A DNA stretch of 32,000 nt, taken from Candidatus Saccharimonadota bacterium. GTDB lineage: Bacteria > Patescibacteriota > Saccharimonadia > Saccharimonadales > Saccharimonadaceae. The notes beneath the pieces are model-generated. The model did not search any database. It saw nothing but the letters and a program-made list of their open reading frames with translations, and was not told the DNA's origin. This document shows, in pieces, positions 1 through 10,773 of the stretch. The stretch spans positions 540,001 to 572,000 of the forward strand of contig MKSO01000001.1 in NCBI GenBank assembly GCA_001897305.1. Direction: 5' to 3'. Both the position numbers and the translations under genes were made by a program. How positions within the stretch are numbered: position 1 is the first letter of the stretch; each line of letters begins with the position of its first letter.

Positions 1-1481
1 GATAGACGGTGAAGTGACGGTGCACGGTTCAAAAGAACGTACTTGCCTTCGATTACTGCATCAAGTGCGTCCCATACTACTGCTTCGCCAGCTTCAATCA
101 GGCGTGAAGCAGAACGAATGTTGTGGGCGTACTCGTTGCGAATCAACCAGCTAATAACAAATGGTTTGAAGAGTTCAAGGGCCATTTGCTTAGGCAGACC
201 ACACTCGTTGATCTTTAGCTTAGGACCAACCACAATAACTGAACGTCCAGAGTAGTCGACACGCTTACCAAGTAGGTTTTGACGGAAACGACCCTGCTTA
301 CCCTTAAGCATGTCAGAGATTGACTTAAGACGGCGGCGACCACCGGTTGCATTAACCGCACGGCCACCACGGGCAGCTGAGTTATCAACCAAGGCGTCAA
401 CGGCTTCTTGGAGCATACGCATTTCGTTGCGACGAATCACTTCAGGGGCGTTAAGCTCAATCAGCTTCTTTAGACGGTTGTTACGGTTAATGACACGGCG
501 GTAAAGATCGTTAAGATCTGAGGTCGCAAAACGGCCACCCGTAAGCTGTACCATTGGACGGAGGTCCGGAGGAATAACAGGCAAAACGGTAAGCGTAAGG
601 CTACTTGGCTTAATACCAGCAGCTTGCATACCTTCAAGCACCTTCAGACGCTTCAAGATTTTCTTTTCACGTTGACCCTTAGCACCTTCAGCTTCTTCGG
701 TGAGTTCAGCAATCAGTGTTTCAAGGTTAATTTCGTCAAGTAGTGCCTTGAGTGCTTGGCCACCCATACCAACCTCGATGAGATCTTGGTACTCTTCAGG
801 AAGGTTACGGTAGTCAACTTCGCTCATGAGTGAGTTCTTAGTAAGACTTTCGAGCTGAGCCTTCTTTACAGTGTAGGCTTCATCAAGATCGTTCAGTTCA
901 CGAGTTTGAGCTTCAGCGAGCGCCTTTACATCGGCACCTTCTGGTTCAGCTTCTTTTTCGTAACGCATCTTGATAGCCATGCGGCCAGCTTCGGTCTCGG
1001 CTTCAAGGTCAGCTAGGAACTTGTCGCGAGTCTCTTCATCGGCTTTCAATACAACGTAGGTTGCAAAGTAAGCAATGCGTTCGAGGTTACGAACAGTGAT
1101 ACCAAGCAGTAATGACATTGCACTTGGGGTGCCACGCATAAACCAAATGTGGGCAACTGGCGCAGCTAGGCTAATGTGACCCATACGCTCACGACGAACG
1201 ATTGCCTTGGTAACAAGGTCACCGTTTTTGTCGACAGCAGCTTCACGAGAGCGAACGCCCTTGAGCTTCGAGTCGTGTGGGTTGATGTCTTTTACTGGAC
1301 CGAAAATACGCTCACAGAACAGACCATCACGCTCTGGTTTTTGAGTACGATAGTTAATCGTCTCAGGCTTAGTGACTTCACCGTAGCTCCATTTGAGGAT
1401 GTCATCTGGGCTAGCGACACTTAGGCGAATAGCATCAAAGTCAGCGATGCCGTTGTTGGTGTTAGTGACGACGCGCGACAT
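1..1481 (-). CDS. rpoC: DNA-directed RNA polymerase subunit beta' (N-terminal ~493 codons; continues past the window start)
   Basis: It is absent from the ORF track because it is open at the window edge. My reverse-strand translation from ATG 1481..1479 gives [62 protein letters not shown]...[19 protein letters not shown]...[35 protein letters not shown]...[27 protein letters not shown]...[12 protein letters not shown]. This is colinear with bacterial beta'. The gene starts 1 nt after the rpoB stop. Confidence 0.95.
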   Translation of the reverse strand, partial: MSRVVTNTNNGIADFDAIRLSVASPDDILKWSYGEVTKPETINYRTQKPERDGLFCERIFGPVKDINPHDSKLKGVRSREAAVDKNGDLVTKAIVRRERMGHISLAAPVAHIWFMRGTPSAMSLLLGITVRNLERIAYFATYVVLKADEETRDKFLADLEAETEAGRMAIKMRYEKEAEPEGADVKALAEAQTRELNDLDEAYTVKKAQLESLTKNSLMSEVDYRNLPEEYQDLIEVGMGGQALKALLDEINLETLIAELTEEAEGAKGQREKKILKRLKVLEGMQAAGIKPSSLTLTVLPVIPPDLRPMVQLTGGRFATSDLNDLYRRVINRNNRLKKLIELNAPEVIRRNEMRMLQEAVDALVDNSAARGGRAVNATGGRRRLKSISDMLKGKQGRFRQNLLGKRVDYSGRSVIVVGPKLKINECGLPKQMALELFKPFVISWLIRNEYAHNIRSASRLIEAGEAVVWDALDAVIEGKYVLLNRAPSLHRL

Positions 1482-1482
1482 A

Positions 1483-4400
1483 TTACACCTCCTCCTTTAC
1501 TTCGTCAATTTCATCAATATCCTGGATACTCAGGCCGTCCTCTTCGAGGTCGTCCATCTCAGCGTCAGCTTCATCCATGATTGTTTCTACATCTTCAGCG
1601 AGATCGACATCTGCAGCAGCAACTGGCTGGCCGTTAATAACACTACCAATCACTTGCTCAGCGTCAATGATCGCTTCTTCGCTTTCGTCCATCAGGTCGA
1701 CACGAAGACCAAGACCTTGGAGTTCCTTAACAAGCACGTTAAATGACTCTGGGAGTTTTGGACCAACGATTGGCTCGTCCTTAATGATCGATTCGTACGC
1801 TTTTGCACGTCCATATACGTCGTCAGACTTAATAGTAAGCATTTCCTGAAGGGTTGCGGCAGCACCATATGCTTCAAGTGCCCACACCTCCATCTCACCA
1901 AAGCGCTGACCACCGTTTTGTGCCTTACCACCAAGTGGCTGTTGGGTCACCATAGTGTAAGGACCAGTTGAACGGGCGTGAATCTTGTCGCTTACCATGT
2001 GGTGAAGCTTCAACATGTGCATCACACCAACTGTGGTTCGCTCTTCAAAGGCTTCACCAGTACGGCCGTCAAATAGTTGGCTCTTACCATCACGAGACAG
2101 ACCAGCTTTTTCTAGTTCACTTGAAATAGTTTCGTCAGATACACCGTTAAATGGTGGAGTAGCAACCTTGTAGCCAAGAGCACGAGCCGCCATACCAAGG
2201 TGGGTTTCAAATAGCTGACCAATGTTCATACGAGAAGGCACACCGAGTGGGTTAAGCACTACATCAACAGGTGTTCCGTCTTCTAGGAATGGCATATCTT
2301 CTTGTGGAAGAATACGGGCAACAACACCCTTGTTACCGTGACGACCAGCCAACTTGTCACCGACAGAAATCTTACGGAATTGAGCAACGAAGATCTGGAT
2401 TTGCATCAGTACGCCGGCTTTAAGTTCGTGACCGTTTTCACGGCTGAAGATCTTAACGCCAACTACTTTACCACCACCAGCATTGTTCATGCGTTGTGAG
2501 GTATCGCGTACATCCTTGGCTTTTTCACCGAAGATAGCACGGAGCAGACGTTCTTCAGAAGAAAGCTCTTGCTCACCCTTTGGTGTAATCTTACCAACCA
2601 GTACATCGCCAGCTTTTACTTCAGAACCAAGTTGAACAATACCGTTCTCGTCGAGGTGACGAAGTGATTCTTCTGATACGTTTGGAATGTCACGGGTGAC
2701 AATTTCTGGACCAAGCTTGGTTTCACGGACTTCAACGGTGTAATCTTTAATGTTTACACTTGTAAGGGTGTCGTCTTCAACGAGCTTACGTGACAATACG
2801 ATAGCGTCGTCCATGTTGTATCCATTCCAAGGCATGAAGGCTACCAGAAGGTCTTTACCGAGGGCGATTTCACCATCAGCTACTGAAGCACCTTCAATGA
2901 GAATGTCACCAGTCTTTACCTTGTCACCACGGTTAACACGGACTTTTTGGTTGATCGAACGGTCGTCATTTGACTTTACGAAGTGAACTGGTTCGTAGGT
3001 TTTTACACCATCTTTGTACTTCACTTCAACGCTCTTGCCATCAGCCTTTACAACTTCACCATCACCTTCAGCGACAATAAGTTGGCTGGTGTTACGAGCA
3101 ATCACCTCTTCAATACCAGTACCAACAATCGGAGATTGTGGCTGGAGCAGTGGCACAGCTTGCTTCTGCATGCTTGAGGCCATCAATGAACGGTCAACAC
3201 GGTTCTTTTCAACGAAAGGCACCAGTGCGGCAGTTGAACCAAGAATTTGCTTGTGCGCAGCATCCATGTAGGTAACTTCACTAGCATCGACTTGCTCTGG
3301 AAGCAATCCGTTACGAGCTGATACGCGCTCGTCGCGGAAGGTACCGTCGTCGTTGAGTTCTGCACCGGCGTCGGCGATCACTTCGACAGCTTCTTGTGAA
3401 GCGTCGAGATAGACAACTTCATCGGTAACCTTACCATCCTTAACCTTGAGGTATGGCGTTTCAATGAAACCGTACTCGTTAATACGAGCATAGGCAGCAA
3501 GGTTCAATACCAATCCAATGTTGGCACCTTCCGGTGTCTCGACAGAACAAAGACGACCGTAGTGGGTTGGGTGGGCGTCACGAACGTCAAAGCCGGCACG
3601 CTCACGAGACAAACCACCAGGACCCATTGAGCTAAGACGACGCTTGTGAGCAAGCTCAGCTAGTGGGTTGGTTTCATCCATAAGCTGTGAAAGCTGTGAA
3701 CTGGCGAAGAATTCACGAACCGCGGCAACCACTGGGCGGGCGTTAATAAGTTGTGATGGTGTAACGGTTTCAATTTCAGACATTGACATACGGTCCATAG
3801 CGTTACGCTGCATACGGAGCATACCAACACGGAATTGACGAGCAACCAACTCACCAACCAATTTCACGCGACGGTTTGACAAGGCATCAATGTCGTCTGG
3901 GTTTTCTTGAGTGTTATTAAGACGAATCACTTCTTTCACGATAGCGATAAGGTCTGATACTTGGAACACACGGTTTTCAGTAACGTTTGCAACATCAAGA
4001 CCAAGACGTTGGTTCAATTTGTAACGACCAACACGAGAGTAGTCGAAACGCTTGAAGTCGAAGAACATACGCTCGATCATTTGCTTAGCGTTATCAACGG
4101 TAGCAAGGTCGCCTGGACGTAGGCGGCGGTATACCTCGATGAGGGCTTCGTTGGTGCCACGAGCTGGGTCCTTGTCGAGTGTAGCGTCGATGTATTTCAC
4201 ATCACCAGTATCAACATCAGCAAAGAGTTCTTTAATTTCAGTAGTTTTGTTGTAGCCGAGGGCACGGAACAGCGTCGTGACAGGCAGTTTACGACGGCGG
4301 TCGATCTTTACGTACACCGCACCGTTTGAAGCAGTTTCAAACTCGAGCCAAGCACCACGGCCTGGAATAAGCTTCGCACCGTAGTAGTTACGGGTAGCAG

Positions 4401-4848
4401 CACGGTCGGCCGTGAAGAATACACCAGCAGAACGGATAAGCTGAGATACGACCACACGCTCTGTACCGTTAATAATAAAGGTACCGCGGTCAGTCATCCA
4501 TGGGTAGTCACCCAAGTAAATTTCTTGCTCTTTTACCTCACCGGTTACTTTGTTGGTAAGCTCTACAATCGCGTGGAGCGGTGCATCAAAGGTAAGGTTG
4601 TTTTCTTTTGCCGATGCTTCAGAGTTTTTAGGCTCTTGGAAGGCATATTTACCAAAACGAAGCGCCAGCTTTTGGCCGGTGTAATCATCGATTGGGTTAA
4701 GTTCTGCAAAAATTTCACCAAGACCAGTCTCGACGAAATCTTTCCAACTTTCTTTTTGGTGTTGAATTAGGTTTGGTAACGGAAGGGCGGTGTCATCACT
4801 CGTGAAGAACACACGCTTGCTATTTGTACCTTTAGGAGTACCTGCCAT
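1483..4848 (-). CDS. rpoB: DNA-directed RNA polymerase subunit beta
   Basis: 1121-aa ORF with ATG at 4848. It carries hallmark beta blocks: [75 protein letters not shown], and [44 protein letters not shown]. Confidence 0.97.
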   Translation of the reverse strand: MAGTPKGTNSKRVFFTSDDTALPLPNLIQHQKESWKDFVETGLGEIFAELNPIDDYTGQKLALRFGKYAFQEPKNSEASAKENNLTFDAPLHAIVELTNKVTGEVKEQEIYLGDYPWMTDRGTFIINGTERVVVSQLIRSAGVFFTADRAATRNYYGAKLIPGRGAWLEFETASNGAVYVKIDRRRKLPVTTLFRALGYNKTTEIKELFADVDTGDVKYIDATLDKDPARGTNEALIEVYRRLRPGDLATVDNAKQMIERMFFDFKRFDYSRVGRYKLNQRLGLDVANVTENRVFQVSDLIAIVKEVIRLNNTQENPDDIDALSNRRVKLVGELVARQFRVGMLRMQRNAMDRMSMSEIETVTPSQLINARPVVAAVREFFASSQLSQLMDETNPLAELAHKRRLSSMGPGGLSRERAGFDVRDAHPTHYGRLCSVETPEGANIGLVLNLAAYARINEYGFIETPYLKVKDGKVTDEVVYLDASQEAVEVIADAGAELNDDGTFRDERVSARNGLLPEQVDASEVTYMDAAHKQILGSTAALVPFVEKNRVDRSLMASSMQKQAVPLLQPQSPIVGTGIEEVIARNTSQLIVAEGDGEVVKADGKSVEVKYKDGVKTYEPVHFVKSNDDRSINQKVRVNRGDKVKTGDILIEGASVADGEIALGKDLLVAFMPWNGYNMDDAIVLSRKLVEDDTLTSVNIKDYTVEVRETKLGPEIVTRDIPNVSEESLRHLDENGIVQLGSEVKAGDVLVGKITPKGEQELSSEERLLRAIFGEKAKDVRDTSQRMNNAGGGKVVGVKIFSRENGHELKAGVLMQIQIFVAQFRKISVGDKLAGRHGNKGVVARILPQEDMPFLEDGTPVDVVLNPLGVPSRMNIGQLFETHLGMAARALGYKVATPPFNGVSDETISSELEKAGLSRDGKSQLFDGRTGEAFEERTTVGVMHMLKLHHMVSDKIHARSTGPYTMVTQQPLGGKAQNGGQRFGEMEVWALEAYGAAATLQEMLTIKSDDVYGRAKAYESIIKDEPIVGPKLPESFNVLVKELQGLGLRVDLMDESEEAIIDAEQVIGSVINGQPVAAADVDLAEDVETIMDEADAEMDDLEEDGLSIQDIDEIDEVKEEV

Positions 4849-5084
4849 AGGCGTACGTTATACCTCGCATTAATTATGGGTTGTTGTAGGGATTGGCGCC
4901 GAAGATTCCCTAACCCCTTAGATATTCCTACGCATGACTGCCACATCGGCGCAGGTACTATTGCTTGCATAATTGCCGTATGGCAATTTTTGGCCAATAG
5001 CTACCCAGGGCTACACTACTTCTTAATGGCCATTATGAACGTTTTAAATAAATTAATCAAGGGCTAATTTCAAGAAAATTACTC

Positions 5085-5134
5085 CTCTATGGGTTGCGGC
5101 TACGTCCTATGCGACGGCAACACAACCCATAGAG
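5085..5134 (-). terminator. Strong stem-loop between clpP and rpoB (possible terminator or attenuator)
   Basis: Perfect 12-bp inverted repeat ctctatgggttg (5085-5096) / caacccatagag (5123-5134) around a 26-nt loop. On the minus strand it is followed by only a modest T-rich tract (gagtaattttctt). Confidence 0.3.
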
Positions 5135-5159
5135 ATCCCCCTCAAGTACCACAGGCCGC

Positions 5160-5261
5160 CTAGTAGCGATGCTGTTGCCAGAAATCGCCCGTAAACCAGG
5201 TGTACTGGTGGCCGAACCACGCAACCAAACGGCTGAGCGGAGAAAGGCGCTTCGTTGACAT
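5160..5261 (-). CDS. Possible 33-aa small ORF (MSTKRLSPLSRLVAWFGHQYTWFTGDFWQQHRY)
   Basis: It is below the track cutoff. ATG at 5261..5259 is preceded by AGGAG with a 5-nt spacer, and the 12-bp hairpin follows the stop by ~25 nt. No recognisable family, so this is weak support only. Confidence 0.2.
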   Translation of the reverse strand: MSTKRLSPLSRLVAWFGHQYTWFTGDFWQQHRY

Positions 5262-5318
5262 CTTGACTCCTAACTCGTGATGGGATGAGGTAACTATATA
5301 ATATACAAGCCCGCTTGA

Positions 5319-5915
5319 CTAGGCTTTGCTGATAACTTCGTCAATCAAGCCATACTCTTTAGCTTCCTCGGCGCTCATCCAAAAGTCACGATCGGCGTCT
5401 TTTTCAACTTTCGATAATTTTTGACCAGTGTTTTTAGCTAAGATCTCGTTAAGGCGTTGTTTTAAGAATAGACCCTCACGGAGCGTAATTTCTTGATCAC
5501 TAATTTTACCCTGAGTACCACTTGATGGTTGGTGGATCATGATGCGGCTGTTTGGCAACGCATAGCGCTTGCCTTTGGCACCACTTGAAAGCAGGAAGGC
5601 ACCCATACTTGCCTGTAAACCAATACCGATCGTTTGCACGTCTGGTTGAATGTGTTGGATTGTGTCGTAAATACCAAGACCATCATATACACTTCCGCCT
5701 GGGCTATTTATGTACAACTTAATATCTTTTTTAGGGTCTTCGTACGCCAAGTACAAAAGTTGGGCAATAACAATATTAGCCGTGTGTTCATTAACCTCTT
5801 CGCCGAGGAAAATAATACGATCTTTTAAAAGACGAGAATAAATATCAAACGCGCGCTCACCATCGTGAGACTTTTCAATAACTGTTGGAACTAAATAATT
5901 TTTAGGAGTACTCAT
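5319..5915 (-). CDS. clpP: ATP-dependent Clp protease proteolytic subunit
   Basis: 198 aa, ATG at 5915. ClpP blocks present: [54 protein letters not shown] (Ser nucleophile context) and RIMIHQP. Confidence 0.95.
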   Translation of the reverse strand: MSTPKNYLVPTVIEKSHDGERAFDIYSRLLKDRIIFLGEEVNEHTANIVIAQLLYLAYEDPKKDIKLYINSPGGSVYDGLGIYDTIQHIQPDVQTIGIGLQASMGAFLLSSGAKGKRYALPNSRIMIHQPSSGTQGKISDQEITLREGLFLKQRLNEILAKNTGQKLSKVEKDADRDFWMSAEEAKEYGLIDEVISKA

Positions 5916-5998
5916 ATACCAATTGCCTCATTTCTGTATACATTGTATATGAAAATTAGCACTCAGGTCAAGTGAGTGCTAATTTGTAAGAAGGTTTT

Positions 5999-7303
5999 TT
6001 AGTTGTGTGGCGTAACAGTACCACCATTGAGTGTAACGAGTCGCTCGATGGTCTTTTCAGTTACGTAGTGGTTAGCGATATCGCGACGTACTTCTGGGGT
6101 TTCAAACTGCTTCAAAACCTCTGGGTTATTAGCGTACTGGCGCTTGTGTACCTCAACATGCTCGTCGATTTCTTCATCTGTTGCAGTAATGGCTTCAGCT
6201 TGGCTTAGCTCATTTAGTACAAGACTAGCCTTAACGCGCTTTTCAGCGGCTGGCTTGACTTCTTTTTCGCGCCATTCGTCTTCGTCTTTAAACTTGTTCG
6301 CGTCTAGGTAAGTTTGGAGGTCTACACCACGGTACATCAAGTTTTGTGCAAAGTCTTGCTCAATGGAGCGCATTTGGTCAGCAATAAGTAGCTCAGGTGC
6401 TGTTACTTCGCTCTTTTCAATAAGAGCGTCGAGCAGTGCATCCTTAAGTTTGTCGTTAGCCTCGCGCTGCTTTTGGGTGGTAATTTCAGCCTTAATATCA
6501 TTCTTAAGGTCTGCTAAGGTTTCGAAGTCACCAGCTTTTTTAGCAAGCTCGTCATCAACTTTAGGCAAGCTCACTTCAGTCACCTTTTTCAAAGTAGTCG
6601 TAAATACTACCGATTGGCCAGCCAAGTCTTTAGCATGGTAATCTTCAGGGAATGTCAACTCAAGATCGAACGTTTCACCAGCTTTGTGCCCAATAATACC
6701 TTCTTCAAAACCTGGAATGAATTGGTTAGACCCAAGCTTTAGTGTGTAGTCGGTGCCGGCACCACCATCAAAGGCAACGCCGTCTTTCTTGCCAACAAAA
6801 TCAATGACTGTTTCGTCGCCATCTTTTGCAGCCCGTTCTACTTCTTTCTTTTCAGAAAAGCCAGCTCGCATACGTTCAATAACGTCGTTAACATCAGCGT
6901 CGGTTACTTTCACCGCTTCGGCTTTCTTATCGAGCTTTTTGTAATCACCAAGTTTTACCGGTGGGAGTACTTCAACTTCAGCCGTAAATTCTAGGAGGTC
7001 ACCAGGTACATATTTCTTAATATCTACCATCGGACGGTCGAGAGCTTGAATTTTTTCAGCCAGAAAAGCTTCAGCAACAGCTTTGCTAATTGCATCGTCA
7101 AGGAGTTGCTCCTGCAAGGCTTGTGGGTCAACATGCTTAGCAGCTACAGAGGCAGGCACTTTGCCTTTACGAAAGCCAGGAACCTTTACAGTCTTACTGA
7201 GTTTTACGGTCGCAACTTTTTCTGCGTCAGCTAAGGCTTCGGCGTCAAGAATAATCGTTAATTGTACTTTAGTGTCGGATAGGTTTTTTACAGTTGTCTT
7301 CAT
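5999..7303 (-). CDS. tig: Trigger factor (ribosome-associated PPIase chaperone)
   Basis: The track start at 7339 is a TTG. The ATG at 7303 gives MKTTVKNLSDTKVQLTI, a typical trigger-factor N-terminus. There is a central FKBP-type block VIDFVGKKDGVAFDGGAGTDYTLKLGSNQFIPGFEEGIIGHKAGE. The start is ambiguous between 7303 and 7339. Confidence 0.9.
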   Translation of the reverse strand: MKTTVKNLSDTKVQLTIILDAEALADAEKVATVKLSKTVKVPGFRKGKVPASVAAKHVDPQALQEQLLDDAISKAVAEAFLAEKIQALDRPMVDIKKYVPGDLLEFTAEVEVLPPVKLGDYKKLDKKAEAVKVTDADVNDVIERMRAGFSEKKEVERAAKDGDETVIDFVGKKDGVAFDGGAGTDYTLKLGSNQFIPGFEEGIIGHKAGETFDLELTFPEDYHAKDLAGQSVVFTTTLKKVTEVSLPKVDDELAKKAGDFETLADLKNDIKAEITTQKQREANDKLKDALLDALIEKSEVTAPELLIADQMRSIEQDFAQNLMYRGVDLQTYLDANKFKDEDEWREKEVKPAAEKRVKASLVLNELSQAEAITATDEEIDEHVEVHKRQYANNPEVLKQFETPEVRRDIANHYVTEKTIERLVTLNGGTVTPHN

Positions 7304-7354
7304 TAGACTTAGTATAACAGAGGTCAAAAGGTGGGGCAAGTTTTGCCAAATGAA

Positions 7355-8650
7355 CTACGTGCTAAATTTCTCAGCTATTTGCTCAACGGTTAGCTTTTCT
7401 TCTTGCTCGTTTTCAACCCTTTTTAGCGAGTACTCACCCGTTGCTACGTCTTGTGGACCCACAAACAAAAGATAGTCGATGCCCTTTTTTACCGCCGTCT
7501 TGATTTGCTTATCGAGCTTGCGTCCAGTAATGTCTACTTCGACGTTTATTCCACTGCTGCGTAATTCAGCAGCAATACCGCGAGCATCATCAAGCGCTTC
7601 GTCGGACACAACAACCACATATACATCAGTCTTTGAAGTATTCTGGGGTAGCAAACCGTGGACTTCAAGGAAATTCTCTATCATGGTGTTACCAGGCGCC
7701 ATACCTACTGCACTGATTGGCTCGGCACCGAACAGACCTACAAGACCGTCATAGCGACCACCCCCAAAGAGTGAACGGTTATTATCTGGGTGCGTATCAA
7801 AAGCTTCAAAAACAGTACCGGTGTAGTAATCAAGGCCGCGCATAAGAGTGGCGTCGAAAATCGCGCCATCGACACCTGCTTTATTCAGCCCATCAAAAAG
7901 GGTTTTAATTTCTTCAATAGCCGAGACGTGCTGAAGAGCCTCGGGTAGCTGTTCGATACTTTGAGCGGCAATAATTTGGTTTATCTTTTCTAGATCACCA
8001 GCCTGCTCGCTGCCGAGAATCTCAAGGGCCTGCTCTTCAAAAGCTTGCTGGTCAATTTTGTTACGACGGTCAAATAGTTTGATCATTTGATGGGCCGCAA
8101 CCGCATCCAGACCAAGATACTCAGCCATCATGTAATGGACGAATTTGCGGTTATTAATACGTAAAACGTAATCACCCTTTTTAGCGCCGAACTCTTTTAG
8201 AATAGCGTCGGCTATGCTGATAATTTCAACGTCGGCTGCAAGCGTGTCAACGCCAAACATATCGACGTTTAGTTGCCAAAACTCGCGCTCACGACCCCTT
8301 TGCGGACGTTCGTAGCGCATAAAGTTGGCAATAGAATAAAGACGAGCTGGGTAGGCTAATTCCTGACGGCGAGCTGCCACCATCCGGCTAATGGTTGGGG
8401 TCATCTCGGGGCGGATAGCCACTGTGCGACCACCACGGTCGGTAAAGGTGTAGGTTTGCTCATTCACCAACTCTTGGCCACTTTTAGCGGCATAAATTTC
8501 GATATTTTCCAGAATAGGCGCGCCGTATTCTTCGTAGCCAAAACGTTCTACGACACGTTTCCAGGTATCAAAAATATAGTTTTGGAGCCGTTTTTGCTCT
8601 GGATAATAATCTCGAGTTCCTTTATAGGGCTGCGGGGAGAGTGAAGTCAT
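7355..8650 (-). CDS. hisS: Histidine--tRNA ligase (class II)
   Basis: 431 aa, ATG at 8650. Motifs: N-terminal KGTRDYYP, RYERPQRGREREFWQLNVDMFG, GGGRYDGLV, and a C-terminal anticodon-binding-like domain. Confidence 0.93.
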   Translation of the reverse strand: MTSLSPQPYKGTRDYYPEQKRLQNYIFDTWKRVVERFGYEEYGAPILENIEIYAAKSGQELVNEQTYTFTDRGGRTVAIRPEMTPTISRMVAARRQELAYPARLYSIANFMRYERPQRGREREFWQLNVDMFGVDTLAADVEIISIADAILKEFGAKKGDYVLRINNRKFVHYMMAEYLGLDAVAAHQMIKLFDRRNKIDQQAFEEQALEILGSEQAGDLEKINQIIAAQSIEQLPEALQHVSAIEEIKTLFDGLNKAGVDGAIFDATLMRGLDYYTGTVFEAFDTHPDNNRSLFGGGRYDGLVGLFGAEPISAVGMAPGNTMIENFLEVHGLLPQNTSKTDVYVVVVSDEALDDARGIAAELRSSGINVEVDITGRKLDKQIKTAVKKGIDYLLFVGPQDVATGEYSLKRVENEQEEKLTVEQIAEKFST

Positions 8651-9237
8651 GAAGCTAGTATATCATCTTGGCGCTCTCTGGTGCGAATAGTTCGCGGGCG
8701 AAGAGCATCTGGGGTATTTACATTAACAAGCGCAAGCTCGTCAAATACGTCTCGCGGATGCGATTGGAGATGATCGCGTAAATCATCCAGAGCATCGACA
8801 CGAGGTGGCTTAAAATCTGCGCTCCCTACCCCGGGCAGTGCGTAATATACCGACAACGTTAACGCGTCGGGTCCGTTATCATTAAAAACTGGTGGAATAA
8901 TAATTCTACTAGCCGCCTGATGACCTAGGCTAACACCAAGCCGAATGAAACGATCCGCCACTTCGAAACGAGCATCGGCTCCAAAACTAGCCCTATTATA
9001 ATCGTCAATTTTACGACGATAAGAACCAAATGCCAGTTCTTTATCACTTTTACCGTCAATATAATCGTCCGGGTTGTGAACATATGCTTGCTCAGAGAAT
9101 ACATATAAAAAACCCGGCAAACTACGCCGGATTGCAGGTGCTGATAAATTAGCCAAAAGCCCATCAGTTGTTTCATCACGTACAGTTAAACGTACACGAT
9201 ATTTTTCGCCTGGTGGTGTATTCTCTGGCGTCTTCAT
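8647..9237 (-). CDS. Hypothetical protein (196 aa)
   Basis: ATG start at 9237. The stop overlaps the hisS ATG by 4 nt (ATGA), which suggests co-translation with hisS. I recognise no motif. Confidence 0.6.
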   Translation of the reverse strand: MKTPENTPPGEKYRVRLTVRDETTDGLLANLSAPAIRRSLPGFLYVFSEQAYVHNPDDYIDGKSDKELAFGSYRRKIDDYNRASFGADARFEVADRFIRLGVSLGHQAASRIIIPPVFNDNGPDALTLSVYYALPGVGSADFKPPRVDALDDLRDHLQSHPRDVFDELALVNVNTPDALRPRTIRTRERQDDILAS

Positions 9238-9263
9238 GCCGTCATCATGACATAAGGGGTCAA

Positions 9264-9788
9264 TTACTGCAAGCGGTTTTGTTGTATCCAGGTATACATT
9301 GCTATACCCGAGGCCACGCCAACATTGACTGAACGAGTAGAGCCGAACTGTTCAATCATTACTACTTGCTTCGCCCCATGTAACAGCTCATCTGATAAAC
9401 CCGGACCTTCGGCACCAAATACAAGTACCGAATTAACCGGTAGTCGTACTCTACCAAGAGGCTGAGCACCCTCCACGATATCTATAGCTATTACCTCTTT
9501 ACCTCTTTCAGCCATCGCTACAAAGAACTCAGCTGCAGTTTGATAGTAATAGATATGTACATATGCATCCGTTTTCATTGCTCCACGCTTATTCCATTGC
9601 TTACGTCCAATAACATGTACAGCCTTAACGTTAAAAGCGTTGGCGTTACGTACAATCGTACCCATATTAAAGTCACGTTCAAGATTTTCTACGGCAATTT
9701 CAAGATCACTGCGAGACTCATCGAGGTCTTTCACTATATCTTCAACTGATTGATCCCTATATTTATCTACTACATTTCTAGTATCCAT
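9264..9788 (-). CDS. SpoU/TrmH-family RNA 2'-O-methyltransferase
   Basis: C-terminal SpoU-type motifs VLVFGAEGPGLS and IEQFGSTRSVNVGVASGIAMY. The track start at 9821 is TTG; the first ATG is at 9788 (MDTRNVV...). Confidence 0.8.
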   Translation of the reverse strand: MDTRNVVDKYRDQSVEDIVKDLDESRSDLEIAVENLERDFNMGTIVRNANAFNVKAVHVIGRKQWNKRGAMKTDAYVHIYYYQTAAEFFVAMAERGKEVIAIDIVEGAQPLGRVRLPVNSVLVFGAEGPGLSDELLHGAKQVVMIEQFGSTRSVNVGVASGIAMYTWIQQNRLQ

Positions 9789-9857
9789 ATGTCCATCATA
9801 CTCTATATAAATAATCGGCAAGTTACGTACAGAAAAAGTCTTGGCATTTTGTCAAAC

Positions 9858-10511
9858 ATGCCCCATAGTTGGAGCGAGATGGACGAAGAACAAAAACAAA
9901 CTCGCACAGACACCCCTTCAATAACAGGAAGAATGGTACTGCAACCGCTTGACCCCGAACGTTTGAATAGGGAGTTGGCTGAAGTAGCAGCAAAAGAAGA
10001 ACCTCCGCACAGGACACAACCATCGACAGGCGTATCAGCTACCAACACCCTCCCAAACCCACCTCTCTCCGAAACCCCCTATATCGCAGAAGTCGCAAAA
10101 CCTACACCTACCTCATTTGCATTGATTCGTTTTTACGGCACAGTCACCGCCATTGCGGGTATCGTGACACTTATTTACGTGTCTACTACTATGACCAAAT
10201 CGGCAGGAAGCAGTTTTAACGCTATGCTTCTCTATGCTGGCAGTATTACATGGGGGTTCGGATGTTTTTTTGGAGGTATCGGGCTACTCCTTCTTAGAAT
10301 TTGGGCACGCTCACTTTTGATCTTTACTTTCGTTATATCCGGTCTGCTCATGCTGCCATACCTACCCTTTATGCTTTTCCTAGGAGCGTATGCTTTTGCG
10401 TCTATATCTACCTATCCGATATCCGCCGTATTCATTCTTCCAGTCTCGTTTACTCTCCTCTTCGTATTTCCCTTCGTTTTCTCAAAAAAAGGCAAAGAAC
10501 AGCTATCGTAA
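9858..10511 (+). CDS. Hypothetical membrane protein (Pro-rich N-terminus plus about 4 TM helices)
   Basis: The track ORF 9750..10511 overlaps the methyltransferase gene. The ATG at 9858 (MPHSWSEMDEEQ...) avoids that overlap. The C-terminal half is made of long hydrophobic segments. Confidence 0.6.
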   Translation: MPHSWSEMDEEQKQTRTDTPSITGRMVLQPLDPERLNRELAEVAAKEEPPHRTQPSTGVSATNTLPNPPLSETPYIAEVAKPTPTSFALIRFYGTVTAIAGIVTLIYVSTTMTKSAGSSFNAMLLYAGSITWGFGCFFGGIGLLLLRIWARSLLIFTFVISGLLMLPYLPFMLFLGAYAFASISTYPISAVFILPVSFTLLFVFPFVFSKKGKEQLS

Positions 10512-10773
10512 TTGGCCTCGAGCTAGTCAAAAAGCGCCTCACAGAAGCCTGGAAACGATTAAAGGCCCTTTTTGAGGTACCTTTTATTAGAAACCATAGG
10601 AGACTTGCTCGTTGCCCTGCATGAGGGTGGTTACAGTAAATCTCCTATGGTGCGCCTCATCGACTCTCAATGGCACCGCGTTCTACCTAGTATCACGACA
10701 ATGTACAACAAGTTAATCGACTTGGGCTTTACCTATTATAACGGAGAAGTCCATATTGTCGAACCGGAGGATA

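Noticed and set aside
1176-4770. Numerous 60-120-aa ORFs on both strands within rpoC and rpoB (for example 1393-1746, 2750-2986, 3014-3271)
   Set aside because: All of them lie inside or antisense to the well-supported RNA polymerase genes. They have low-complexity or Ser/Thr-rich shadow-frame compositions.
10585-10625. Weak resemblance (ataggagacttg...gccctgc) to the 3' part of tRNA-Leu, considered as a displaced tRNA end or left att site
   Set aside because: Identity is only about half even with gaps, which is not distinguishable from chance by eye. The left boundary is therefore left unresolved.
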